A DNA stretch of 63,988 bases, the filler included, from Streblomastix strix (lineage: Eukaryota): NCBI GenBank assembly GCA_008636045.1. It is 4 parts of 4 records of this genome, joined end to end, with 100 filler letters (N's around TTAATTAATTAA, not from the genome) between each part and the next. Parts side by side here need not be neighbours in the genome. Positions count along the whole stretch, not along the records: positions 1 to 16,176 come from SNRW01000862.1; positions 16,277 to 32,450 come from SNRW01000863.1; 2 more parts are not named here. The stretch is one strand, 5' to 3'. Below, in pieces: positions 14,056-27,100 of the stretch. Made by a program: the position numbers and the translations under genes. A model generated the notes under the pieces. The model did no database searches. It was given only the letters and a program-made list of their open reading frames with translations, and had not been told where the DNA came from. Numbering within the stretch: position 1 is the stretch's first letter; the number at the start of each line of letters is the position of its first letter.

Positions 14056-16176
14056 TCATTGATGCTCATCCTTTGTAACAACAATATCAAATGCAAACTC
14101 ATCAACTTCTTCAGCAGATGTTCCGAGTATCTTACTATTCTCTTCCATCGCAGATGCAAGGTGTACATCGTGCCTTAGAATGCGACGAATCATTTCTTCT
14201 TTTGTTTTCAGCAATTCTTCAAGTGCAGCGATGCTCTGTACATCGGCTTCAGGATCGCGAGGGATTACAGGTCCTGGTTGGATAGTTTTTGTCTAATCTT
14301 ATTATAATTATTCAAAATTTTAATCTTAAATTTCTTTCTTTTTTGGTTCTTCTTTCTCTTTTTCTTTCTCTTTAATTTCATCTTTCTTTCCAACTTCCTC
14401 TTTTTTAGATCCATCTTTTTTCGCTTTTCTATTATGTCTCCAATCTGTTTCAACTACATCTGCACCATCAATTTTTGCATTTTCATTTGTATTTCCTTTA
14501 TCTTTCTTTGTTTCTTGTCTTTTTGCTTTCTTTTCTTCAGCAAGTTTTTTTCTTTCTTTATCTTTAATCTCTTTCTTAGATTCAACTCCTTCTTTCTTTT
14601 CTTTTATCTATACCACAGCTCTTCCAGTTGGTCTTATGTATATTTTTACTCTATCCGACGGTACTAGATTAATAATTTTTTTATAATTTTGAATCTTAGA
14701 GACAATAGTTCTTGCCTTTCCTTCAGCAATTGAATCTTGTGTCACGTTTCTTGATAACCTCACAAACATTACGCCATCATTTGCATCGCACAGTTCTGGA
14801 TCTGGTTTAAGAGATCTTGTTATTATAACATCTTCTTATGTGAGTTCAACTCCAGCTACTGAAATTACTTACCCAGATTCTAATTTCACGATCTGATCCT
14901 CTTCTAATTTACTGGTTTCATTCTATATATCATCTAATATCTGTTTAATAGTTCGTGGAGCATTCCCATTATATCCAATTCCTTTAGTTCGTTCTTCATC
15001 AAAAATTACCTTAGCTTTCTTTCCAATGCTCATTTGAACTTGACATTTTAGTTGGAGAAAACGAACATTTTCTCCTGTTGTTTCATCAACAATAAATTCA
15101 TTTGCATCTTGAGTCTAAAATAATCTTACATTAAGCTCATCTTTTATGTATTCAGCTAATTGATTAATATCATTTCTTTCCTAAGTGTTATGGGTAACTG
15201 TAACAACACGTTCCAAAGGAATCTTCAATGATATTCCAATTTCTTTATCTCTTATTTATCTTCCAAGTAAAATAACTCTCTACATTGAATTCATTGCTCT
15301 CAAAATGCCTGAATTATCTTTAACTTATTCTGTTTATTCATTTTCATTTTCTTCTTTTTCAGATTTATCATGAGCATATATTGGCTTCTCTCCAGGAATG
15401 AGGCTGTAATGAACAGATTCAAGTTGGTCTTTTTCATCTTCATATTTCTTCAGATCTTAATACATCTTCTCACAAATAAATGGAGTGAATGGAGCCATGA
15501 CTATACTAAGCATGTGAAGCACTTCAAACAACACGCACAATGATTCATGCCAATCTTTTGGACCTTGCAATCCTTTTAATCTTCTTCTATTTAATCTAAT
15601 ATACCAATTTGTGAGTGATTCAATGTATTTAATAGACTGTGGTACAACTGTAAATAGATTATATTTCTTCATCTCGCGTTAGATGAAACTTAGAAGGTCA
15701 TCAGTTTCAGCCATAATCCAATGATCCATTACATTGGTAGAGTTGTGAGCGACATCAGCATTACGTTTGAACTCAGAAATACGGACACCATCAACAATCA
15801 GATTTGTGATATCTCCATAAGTAGATTATTCTTTCTCATCTGCTTCTTCATCATCTTCAACATCATTTCCTGCTGTTTATGAAGAAGAAGAGCTTTCAGA
15901 TCCAACGGCCTTCACTTTCTAATTGAAAAGAAAAGTGTATTATTCAAAAAACCTCACTGCATTGTACCATGGAATTAACACTCTACGAATAATCTCTTAT
16001 ACTCCTTCTTCTTTGAACGCCAAATCATCAGCATGGACAGCTGGCGATGATATTAAGTAAAGTCTGATCGCATCAGCGCCATGACGATTGACAATATCAA
16101 CAGGATCTGGGTAGTTCTTCAGCCGCTTTGACATTTTTTCGCCATTACTTGCAAGAACTATTCCATTGACAATTAG
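14056..16176 (-). CDS. IARS1: Isoleucyl-tRNA synthetase, cytosolic type, 3' part (5' end cut by contig edge)
   Basis: Class I motif [59 protein letters not shown]; stop TGA at 14058-14056. Confidence 0.95.
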
Positions 16177-16276
16177 NNNNNNNNNNNNNNNNNNNNNNNN
16201 NNNNNNNNNNNNNNNNNNNNTTAATTAATTAANNNNNNNNNNNNNNNNNNNNNNNNNNNNNNNNNNNNNNNNNNNN
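16177..16276. other. Artificial contig linker (44 N + TTAATTAATTAA + 44 N)
   Basis: Identical 100-nt spacer recurs three times; the core encodes standard-code stops in all frames. Confidence 0.97.
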
Positions 16277-17610
16277 ATCTGGATATCAGTAATATAAATA
16301 TAGGGAGGTATCAGTAGTCTTAATTCGATAGACAATAATAATCATAATCATAATAGCAATAATTAATTGAAGGAAGAAATGTAATTGGAGGATTGCATTC
16401 TATTTCAGGTAGAATGGGTGTTAGTTCTCCTTAGAATGAACTCATTAATGGACTAGGCAATGATAATAGTAATATTGATATAGTTAATATCAATAATCAA
16501 CTGTTCCCCTTCTTAAGTATGGATGGTAATATTTCTCCATCTCTCACATTTCCTGGTTAGAATGATCTATTCCCTAATGTTGACAGGATGCAGATGCAAT
16601 TTGATCCAAATATGGGCAATAAGACCGATTTCATTACTCTGCAGCAGAACTAACCCCTGAATGATTCATTTGGGCAGAGCCAGAGAAACGCACAACATTT
16701 TTTTATGAATTGGCAATCACCACCACAGATGCAGACTTCTAATAACCGTCTTACTAGAGATCCTAAACTAATAGAAAGAATGATTTCAGAAATAGAACAA
16801 TTAAAGTTGAATTGTGATACTGCCTTGTAATCTTTGAAAAGTTGCTTGTCTCATTAATTGAATAACAGTGAAAATAACAAATCAAGCACATCTTCATTGA
16901 ATAAAACATAGAATAGTTAATCTGATAAATAATCAGAATATTCGTAGAAAGACAATGAAAATGAATAAGACGAAGATGAAAATGGAGCCACTAAAAATGA
17001 TGCATAAGAATAGGTAGTTAGTATAGTTGAAATTATTGAGAAAGATGATTAAATAATACAGAAGCTTGTTGAACTTCGTAATTCTTGTGATAAGGTATAT
17101 CTATATAAAATATAGTTTATAAATAATATAATTTACATTTTTATTGTAAATACTAATATCTAGACAACTAAATGCATTATTGAAGGTCTTCATGATTCAT
17201 CTGATTCAGTTATTCCTAACTTTATATTCAGTTCCAATGATTCGTTCTCAACAAAGACCAGTACTGATAATGACTCTAAGAAGATAGACAAAGAAGAATA
17301 TGATAATAAGAGCTATACAGATAATAAGAGTCATATATTGATTAAGAAGAAGAAGAAAAAAGAAGTTGAATAAGAGAATGGAGTTAGGAAGAAGAGAGTT
17401 CACACAACTGCAAATGAGAATGAGAGCTCTAAAGATGTCACACCTAAAATGAGATATGAAAAATCAAGTTTGAAAAAGAATATCAATATTGAGGGTGGTA
17501 TCACAAAAAGCACATCAAAGATTACAAGACCGGAGCTTACAGGTAATGCGCTCAATTCAACTATAGACGCAGACCCTGAAGAAAACGAGACGGTGCCATC
17601 AAACCTCTGA
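16277..17610 (+). CDS. 3' part of a low-complexity Q/N/S-rich hypothetical protein with coiled-coil segment
   Basis: Open under TAR=Gln from the contig start; intron ~17095-17163; ends ...ENETVPSNL at TGA 17608-17610. Confidence 0.7.
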
Positions 17611-17780
17611 TCGGTATTTCCTGTTTGAGTGTTGAATCGTGGCGGGTTATTGGCATATCACCAATTGGGAGTTATATACACATTCCGAATTGCATATGGT
17701 TTAATATTACTATTTATTCACATAGATTGTAAGGAGAATTGGTGGAAAAGATTAAAAAAAAAAGAAAAATAAAATGAAAT

Positions 17781-18285
17781 TCAGAATTTCGCCCTTGTGC
17801 ATGTCTTGTTAAGTCGTTCACTATCTCCATATGCTTTTGACCCAAACTTGTGTGAATCATTCAACGGTTTATCAACATTAAAGCAATAAATCTGCTCAAC
17901 ACCATGATCTTCAGGATTATCACGCAAGTAGAGGCCAGAGCTTGTGACGCGGAAGATTTCTTTACGATGGGCATCATCAGATGGCTGAATTTTGTGTAAA
18001 AAAGAAAATAAGCATGAATAGATAATGTTTACAAGCCTTTTCATATTATTCACGGTAATTGAAGCCTCGTCGCTCTCCCATGCGGTCGTTACGGCGCCAG
18101 GCATGTCCTTCAGATTAGATTGGTACAGACGTTAGCGGAGTAGGACGTTCAATAAATGGCTCGGTCTGCTGCTGCCGGGCGATGTCGAAATGTCTTTTGC
18201 TGCAGTAGCCGTCAAACGATGGATCTTTCACTTCTTAGGAACAGAATTTAAGCTTGCATATTTTCGGTGGGTCTTTAAATGGCAT
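17781..18285 (-). CDS. Small hypothetical protein, possibly with an N-terminal C-x4-C...YCSKRH zinc-binding motif
   Basis: GC-richer island; ATG 18285 gives MPFKDPPKICKLKFCSQEVKDPSFDGYCSKRH...; probable intron ~18031-17985; the reading frame after the intron is ambiguous. Confidence 0.4.
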
Positions 18286-18469
18286 TGATGTTTTTTTGCG
18301 AAACTGCCTGGAAAATTACTATGGGGTCGAAAACAACGAATCATCTAAGCAAGGGTTGCGGTGCACTGCACCCATTCAAAACTTGAAAATTATTTTTTAT
18401 TAAATTTATATATAGTCTTAATTTAAATTTATTGAAGCTCTTTAACAATTTTATAAATGTTATTTTTTG

Positions 18470-19000
18470 CAATCGTCTCACTTTTGCTAAATATTGTTGA
18501 TTTATCAACTTTAGATAACAATAGTTAAGCACCATCAGATTTTTGATAAAAAATTTCAGTATTTGTCATTTCGCTAACCTAATTATTTACTTCTGTTGAT
18601 ACACATGTTTTCCTTTTATTATAGTAATTTGAAGTTAATTCGAATTTTTGTTTTTATTCCACCTCCAATTTTAAAAAAAACTACTGTTATCATTATTTAA
18701 AACATAAATTTCAAATGATTGAATTGCTCTTGAAAACATTTTCATAACTGTTTTTTATTTAGTCATCTCTAGTAGTAGCAAATATAGTATTTTTTTTAAT
18801 AACGTAAATGTGTTTTCATCGATTCAAAAATTGACCACTGCATAAGTACTTCCAGTAGCAATCTCAATAATTGTAACTACAATATTCGTATCCAGTAATT
18901 TTGTATCAAATACTTTAAAATCTGTTCCATCGCACCATTAATCCCAAATTTATACATCAATGAAACATAAATTATATCCAATAATAAATTTTTCTATACT
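18470..19000 (-). pseudogene. Degenerate coding fragment with phage-tail-fibre-like YxKSE/LLxKxDK repeats
   Basis: Hand translation gives ...IATGSTYAVVNF...GGGIKT...YQKSDGAQLLLSKVDKSTIFSKSET with frameshifts; the resemblance to fibre repeats is by eye only. Confidence 0.25.
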
Positions 19001-19541
19001 TTCTTAATCTTCCATCTAATTAACCATCTCTTATTCTATTACAAATAAATTTGCTTTTTATTAATAACATAAATAACACTAATGATCTTACTACGCTTGA
19101 AAAGAGAGGATATCATCATGTCATAGTCACTAAAGAAATTGCGTAAACGTTACATGATGTCGCAGTCGAAAACGTAACCTTTACTGGAGTTCAGTTTACA
19201 GAAAGAATTTTTGAAGAGCGTTAAGTTGTTATAACCCCTCCTTCCGTAAATAAATTCTTGAGATCTTAAAAAAGTAGAGAAATTTGGTTAATCAAAGTTA
19301 TCATTGAAAAGATTGAATGTTTTTAAACTTGCAAGAAATACTGAGCGAACAAAATAAAAAAGAATTGAATATATATAAAATATAGATAATTAGAGCTTAA
19401 TAGATACATGATTTGATTAATTAACGAAATATCATGTAACGAACTTGAGTTCAAGCATTACTGAAGACCGCCAATAAGCCATCCGGCTGTTTTATAAAGA
19501 AAGAAAGTACAAATTATTTCTTAAAATTATTAGTTTTGATA

Positions 19542-22536
19542 ACGTAGATGATTTATGATCTCGATTTAACATTAAGAATATATAAATATATTATTATTTT
19601 GATATAATACAATTTAAGAAATTAATTTTTAAAATTTTAAGAAAGTTAATTAAAAGAAAATCATATTAAATAATCAAATAAAATAGTTAAAAATTTGCTT
19701 CTATCAAGCAAATATATTTCACTTTGTATTAAATTTAAAACTTTATTATTATTGCATTTTCTTATTCCATATTTGAATATGATTGTACGTACGAAAATAA
19801 TGAATTCGGAATTAAATATTTAAATTTAATATTAATATTAATTTAAAAGACACAAATAATTTCTATTTAATCAATATCGGTAACTTTTATCTTTGTACTT
19901 GTTCGATTATACATATATGGTAAAAATGATGCATAATCTTCTTATGCAAAATTCAAAATAATTTTAAGCTAAATATAACTGCCTATTTTCCTCTTGAAAT
20001 CTTTTAATTTTTTATTTTATAGAATATATTTTCTTTTTAAATTATTAATTAACTAACAAATATCATATGACTATTGTATTGGATCTTCTATAAGCGTTAC
20101 AACTATAGCAGGAGAAACATGGTGATATAGATTAAATTCAAAATCATTTATTAACTCATCTTATAAGTTAAATGTAAAATTTTCATCAATTTCATCCTTT
20201 TCTTCATTTTCTTCTATCAAATATTCATTATTTACTTATTCTTCTTTTTCAATTTAATTATATAGCTTATCTTCTTTCTTTTTTTTATAAAATTAATATC
20301 TAGAAAATGCCCCAAAAATTTCTTAAATTCTTCTCCATAATAAACGTTTAAATAAATTATATAATCTGTTTTGCTTTTTTTTTTTAAATTATAAAGCTTT
20401 AAAAAAAAATAAATTAATATTTATTTATTTTTTAATTTTACAATATATTTTAATAATCTGCGATAGTTTCAAATAATTCATTAATTTCTCAAGAACTAAT
20501 TGTAATTTACAAGGATCTTTAAAGTGAATGTTTACAACACGTTTAGTTGCCTCCAATGCTATTATTCCTTAGTTTTTCGCTTTTGAAATTGCTATTTTAA
20601 TACTCTCAGGAACATATGAATCGACAATATGTTCAGCGGTATTCTCTATCTCACGTAAGGCTCCTGCTAAAAATCCTGCATGAATGTTTATTGCTGAAGT
20701 GACTAACCTCATTGCTGAAACACAAAGTTGTACTATAAATTCCTGGCTATCATGTGTGTGATTAATACGCAATCACTGTAAATGTTATTTGCAAGGCCAG
20801 AATACTTATAAATCTAATGCTTATAATAAGTGTGTTGAATGTGGAGGAGGTTATCCATAAATAGAGGCGGTCTTTCATTTGCATGATTGCCTAAATGTGC
20901 ACGCGTTAAAATCACTTTTGGAATAAAAACTTAATCCAAGAAATTTGTCATCAACTCTGTGTTCATAGATGTTTTCAGCTAATTCAAGCTCTAGCTAATC
21001 AACTGGGGTTTAAAAATAAAATATGTCATCATTGATTCTACGTTTAAGCTGACCTATAACACTTCGGTTGCGCTTATTGCAGAATCCAGAATAACCGACT
21101 TCGTCGGTGCAATATATCAGATCAGCAAGAGTACTTTCTAAGAATTTGTAGATTGTTTTGTCATTTGCCTCTACTGAATATTAACTGATCTTTAACATTG
21201 TCTCTTCTTTTGTAACAGTTTTAGCAAATCCGATTGAAGTTTAGTTCCTAAGATTGACATAAGCACCACTTAGTTCCAATAATCTCAAGTTCATTTTTCA
21301 AACCGGAAGCTTCTTCAACGTCTGCTAAATATCTGATTGTCTAATCAATTCGGCTTTATCCAGTTTTGTCAGAAGTTGAATAATTGAAGATTTTGAATAT
21401 TCAATATTTCTAAAAGAGTTTTACCTTCAATAATAATTGAGTTTGTTATTACAGTTCTTTTTTAAGCCTATATGGGAGGCTCTCAAACAAATATAATTTA
21501 TGTTTGAGTTAATAATTAAATTATACCTATTTAATTTTATTATTTTCCGTGAAATTAATATTATTAAAAAATAATGCCTACTCATAGAGAAATTAGTATT
21601 TTTTGTAAAAAATTATTATTATTATTTACAATAATATAATTTTCATTAAAAATACAAAATATAAATTATTTATCTTTCATATTTATAAAATAAAGCAAAA
21701 ACAAATAAAATAAATTTTTATTCGTTAACTCATTATTTAAGAAAATTATACACAAGAGTTCGTTTCGCCTTATCAGCTATGTATTATATCTCAATTTTGT
21801 AATTATTCATCTTTCAAATATTTAAATGAATATTATTTATATTATATATTCTATTTAATAAAAATATGATAGAAAAAACAGTTAAATATTTTATTTTTTG
21901 AATTTTTCAATCAGAACAAAACCAATTTCAATACATGTATGATACAATTTTTTTTAACATAACGTGCATAATTAATTAATATTTATAAATTTTTTTTATT
22001 TAGCTACAATCAGACGCGTAAATATTTATTCATTTTCAAACTGATTAACAATTTAATTTTATTCATTTTGGTAAGTTTTATTTTTTTTTTAACAATATTA
22101 ATATATTTGATAAATATTATATGACTGATCGAATCCATGCAACGTCTAAAGCGGGGAAGAAATGCAAAAATGATAATCATTGAATCTTTATACTAGGTAT
22201 ATGTATAATATTTTTAAAATATGAAATATTACATAAATAACATAAATCTTTTATTATTTATTATCATTTAATAATAAATATTTAATATTTATTCCAAAAA
22301 TTTGTCGAAGAAAAATGAAGTTAAAATTTGATTGAAAACTTTGCTAACATTCGCACATTTTTAATTATAAACATTAAATTTTATTTATTTATAGCAATAT
22401 ATGATTTTTAATGAATCAAATTAAAAATATTTTTATTTTATATCCACTTAACAGTAAATTTAATTTTTTATAATTGTGACTTAATTTATTAAAAATAAAT
22501 AATTTAATTTTTTTGGTTTTATTAAGTAATCTACGT
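19542..22536 (-). mobile_element. Decayed pogo/Fot1-type (Tc1/mariner superfamily) DNA transposon
   Basis: Candidate termini TA|ACGTAGATGATTTA (19542) and TAAGTAATCTACGT|TA (22536), with TA target duplication, enclose a DDE_1 transposase relic. Confidence 0.55.
20050..21480 (-). pseudogene. pogo-family DDE_1 transposase pseudogene
   Basis: Motifs LIYCTDEVG (~21120-21095), RPPLFMDN and PPHSTHLLQALDLQVF (~20850-20800); the segment between MDN and PPH is deleted; TGA stops and frameshifts present. Confidence 0.8.
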
Positions 22537-23530
22537 TACATTTGTATTTGTTATATTTGCGTTAATTAATAATTTCAAAATATTAAAGAAAAATGCATTT
22601 TAATTTATTTTTTCAAAATTTTAAAATGAAATTTCCAACCTGAATAGATATTTCCTACAATTTTGATAAATTTAATGAAAAATAGAATAATTAAATATAA
22701 CGTATTTTTAAATATAAACATATATAAATTAGGTCGACTGAGACCGACCCATATATAACGTTTCCCTATTTTTTCATCTTCAATATCCTCATCATCACAA
22801 CATTTATAGTCCACATCTTTATTATCTGAATAATTTTTATTTCTATTAATAACTTTTTTTTTGATATATCTTCCTTTTCCTTGTTCATTTCTTCTCTTGT
22901 ACTTTTTTCTTCTTGTTAGCATTTATTTTATAGAAATTTCTCTTTCCTAGTTGTTAATATAACAGTCTATTTCTTTTATTTTGCCATTTTTGAGCATTTT
23001 CTTATAACTATTACTTTCACTTAGTAATTATCTTTTATTTCCTTTGAAATTAGAACTTTTGAATATATATTTGAGTTTAAATTTTTATTATTATTCTCTG
23101 CATTTGTTTTCTTTATCTATTTTTATTCGTCATCATCATCATCTAATAACTCAAATAGTTATTATTCAACTTTTTTTTCGACATCCATAAAAAATTATAA
23201 GTAGAATAATTTAAGTTATTAAATGTCATTTGAAAATATTTCAAAAAATGATATAAATGGTTATTCTCTAGACGATGTTCCTGAAATCATCGATGTTGGA
23301 ATTTTTACTAATATTTTTTATAAATATTGTTGAATTTTTATATAGTGAATCTATATCTCTTCTTCCAGTATTTAGATAAGATGATGCAGTGTGTGCAATT
23401 AAATATGAAGCTACTATCTGCAAACATATCATGGGGAGACCTAAATCACCTTAGATTACTTTTCGATATGCGCTTGTTTGGCCATATTTTTCATCCTATT
23501 CTCTTTCTTTGGAATATTGAATATATATAT

Positions 23531-23795
23531 GGGCCGCACTACAGGGCTTTAATTCTGCTGCGCTATTTGTACCCATAATCTCCACGCCAAATCACTATCA
23601 ATACTAAGGTATAATTTAGCCATGATAATTATAATCATAATCTCCGCGCCAAATCACTATACCTACAAAACCCGATATTCTCACGGCTGGTGAAAATTTC
23701 ATCAATAAGATGTATATTTTTTTTACCACAGACTTCTATTTTATTGACACTATTTATACCCATAAACCCTATGACATAAATGAACACACTCATCA
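23531..23795 (+). repeat. Left terminal inverted repeat of pPolB element
   Basis: GGGCCGCACTACAGGGCTTTAATTCTGCTGCGCTATTTGTACCC... is the reverse complement of 30445-30707 with scattered mismatches. Confidence 0.93.
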
Positions 23796-24188
23796 ATGAA
23801 ATGTGTAAATGACATGAATTAATATTTAAAAATTTATCAAAATTATACAAAATTATTTAAAAAATAAATGTCTTATTTTCAAAATTTATTAAAAAATTTT
23901 ATCAATTTTAACTAATAATTTCTTTATCAACTAATAGACTAAATATATCAATTACTTCTATATACAGTTTATATCACTACATACATCACATATATATATA
24001 AATTATAATAGTGCTGTAAGATTGTGTGTTAAAATAATAATAAATTACTAAAATTTTTCGAATAATTTCAAATACGTGAATACTTTATGTATCAATAATT
24101 AAAAATATTATAGATAAAAGTAATATATAATAAGTCCGAATTTTCATTTATATCTTCACTCTAATCGCTTAATTAATTTATAGCATTT

Positions 24189-27100
24189 ATGTCGTCAAAT
24201 TTCTTCGAAAAGTCAGGTTATCTAGATCTACATTTACGGTCACATTATACATGAATCTAACCATGTCGTCGAAGTAAAATAAATTATGGTATTATCATAT
24301 ATCTATTTAAAGTGAATGTTGTTACATAGGATAATAATTCAAAATTTATTTTTACAAATTAACGCATTTCTTTAGGAGATTTGATTGATGGGATTTATAT
24401 TAATAACAACTTAAATTTTTATGTCATTTATTAAAAATAAAAAATACAGAGAAATGATACAGTAATAAATTAACTTTTTTTCCTACATACAAATGGCAGA
24501 AAAATATAGAATGAATAAAGAATAGATTCAAAATTTACTAGATCAATTATAAGTTATATAATTATCTAATCACACAGCAGTTGATTTAAGAAATATGTTA
24601 ATTAATGAACTACATTGTTTACATTATCAAGGTCATATTACCATTACAACTGAAATAGTTGCATTTGTAAATCAAATTATTGCTGAAAGAAATGATTAAC
24701 AGTAATAATAATTGGAATAAATTGAACAATAACAACAACCCTACTTATAACCAATAATAGAAACAGATAATGAATAGTAATAATTAATAGCAATTAATGA
24801 AAAAAACCATAATTAACTACAAGTATTGATCATATTATAAATATATTTAACTAGTCTAACAATTCTTATGATGGAAAATTCAATCCTGATAAATATTGAG
24901 CTAAATACAAATAAAAACTTGAGGAAAATGGTCAGATATAGCGCAAGTATTAATTGTTACAAGCCTAACAGTAAATCACAAATTAGATACATTAATTACA
25001 AGAATCATTGCAAACAATAAACAATACATAGAAAGAAGAATTTGATTAAGATGATTAGGTTCAATAGCCAAAGGAAATTAATTCAAATTATAAGTAATTA
25101 CTAGTTGAATAATAATTGAAACATTAAAGAGAAATTGACTAATAAGAATAGTTACATCAATAAGAGATACAAGAATTAAAGGAAAAATTAGAGAAATAGA
25201 ATAATGCAGCTATACTAATTCAAAAGCACTATCGAAGGCATTTAACGTAATAGTTAATAAAATAATCAATTAATGCAGTTAAAGTGATTTAAGGCAAATG
25301 GAAGAGACATAAGTTATATGAATTGTTATAACAGATACTTATCATTTCTATATACAAGAGATAGGAAGAAAAACCATTTAAAATTCTCAAATACCTAGAA
25401 GTAAAATTAGGTGCAAAAGAATTTAATAAAAGAGTGAAAAAGCTTAATGATGAATATAATGAGCTGCATAAGGATCACTTTAATGAACCGAGTATGACAA
25501 AAACAGAGTAATTAAATAAAAGTAGGGAACTTGATTAGAAAGCATTTGTTATCTTAATACCATAAAACTTATCAGCCTATTATGCAGCACTAACTCAGGC
25601 ACGCAAGAGATATTTGGAAAAGAATGAAGTTAGTACAGATGGATTACCTAACTCATTATTATTATCAAAAGTTATAGAAAATACAGAGCCATATATGTAG
25701 TACTATTACAATCATTTCTATGACTAATAAAAACTGAAAGATAAAATCGATTAGGTATATTAGTTAAAGAAAGCTAAACCCTATAAAGTATACATTGATT
25801 TTGGATCTATATATTAGAAAAAGTGATACGTATATAAGTATTAACATACATTAGACGAATATAATTATTCTTACACCAGACCAAGTGCTGATAATAGTTA
25901 TAAAATTCTGCCTAATACAATAGTTCGAGATAAACAAACAAATGAATAATTCAAATAGAAAGCTGTTGACTTACTATAAGAAGATTAAGACTGTATTCAT
26001 GAAAACTCAGCAACATTAAAGGTAGCACTATTTTCATTTTTGATTGTTGTTTATAGACTTCCATTAGGTACTAAAATGGATAAAATGTGTTCACACTTCA
26101 ATATAGAAGGAATTACTAGAAATGTAGATTGTGATTACGAAATTTGTTTGTTTATAGTTGCATCATTTGCTTTACACCCTGATATTATTGAAACAAATAG
26201 TCGAATTAATGAAGCAATTAAATTATTCCACTAATATCATGATATCAATCCAAGCAGTAGATTAAATAAAGCAAATAAATAATTACTCGAATCATATAAG
26301 GAATTCAATTTAGTAATTGATATTGAAAAATATTAATAATTATTCGAGCTAAATGTAATAACATACATGTGAGAAGGAGTAAAACATAAAACCAATCGTA
26401 GTGATGTCGAATAATTTAACAAATTTAAAAAATAAATTATTGACAAGGACTATCTAACTGTTAATGTATTATTAGTTCCATTATCACTAGTGGATGAAAT
26501 TCATGCTATGTATATTACTGATATTGATAGGATAATTAATAGAAAACTGTCACAACAATTGATAGAAAATATTTAGTACTAAGAACTGACATTATTTGCG
26601 TGATTTTGCAAGGCATTTGAAGTATTGTTAAGGTCTTGATACATCGAAATAAGTTAAATTAGATTATTAACCAAAGCCATATTATCCTCATATTTCAAAC
26701 AATAAAGTACTATAAAAATTAATTGCAACAAGATAATTAGAATAATTAACACCAATACTTAGTTACATTACATTTTATTTTGACACAATAGAGAATATAA
26801 TTAATGTAGACAATGTGATAGCTTAATTTGGGCCTCCATCTGTAGCATCAGCAGCGACAGTAAATAATTAAATTACTACTTTATATTTTGATTTACGAAA
26901 TGGAACTGATTTTATTGAATAACGGATAAGTTAATTGTTTGAAGTAGATATTAAAGTAAATGAAGCTAATTAATCAAATATACCTGATGTTACAAATGAA
27001 AATAAACGTTATGAACCATATAAGCCACAAGTATCAGTTATAGGATTCAATTCTAAGATTGATATGAACCTATTACTCAAACATTTAATTAAAAATAGGA

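Noticed and set aside
16221..16232. Recurrent palindrome TTAATTAATTAA at ~16.27-kb spacing
   Set aside because: Always centred in 44+44 Ns; an assembly spacer, not a biological repeat.
21748..21786. Hammerhead-ribozyme-like string on the minus strand (TACATAG-CTGATAAGGCGAAACGAACTC-TTGTGTA)
   Set aside because: The essential G8 is A, stem II cannot form and stem III lacks the C-G pair; at best a dead relic.
23635..23850. 71-aa minus-strand ORF in the left TIR
   Set aside because: It overlaps the non-coding TIR, has a non-ATG start outside the repeat and no motif.
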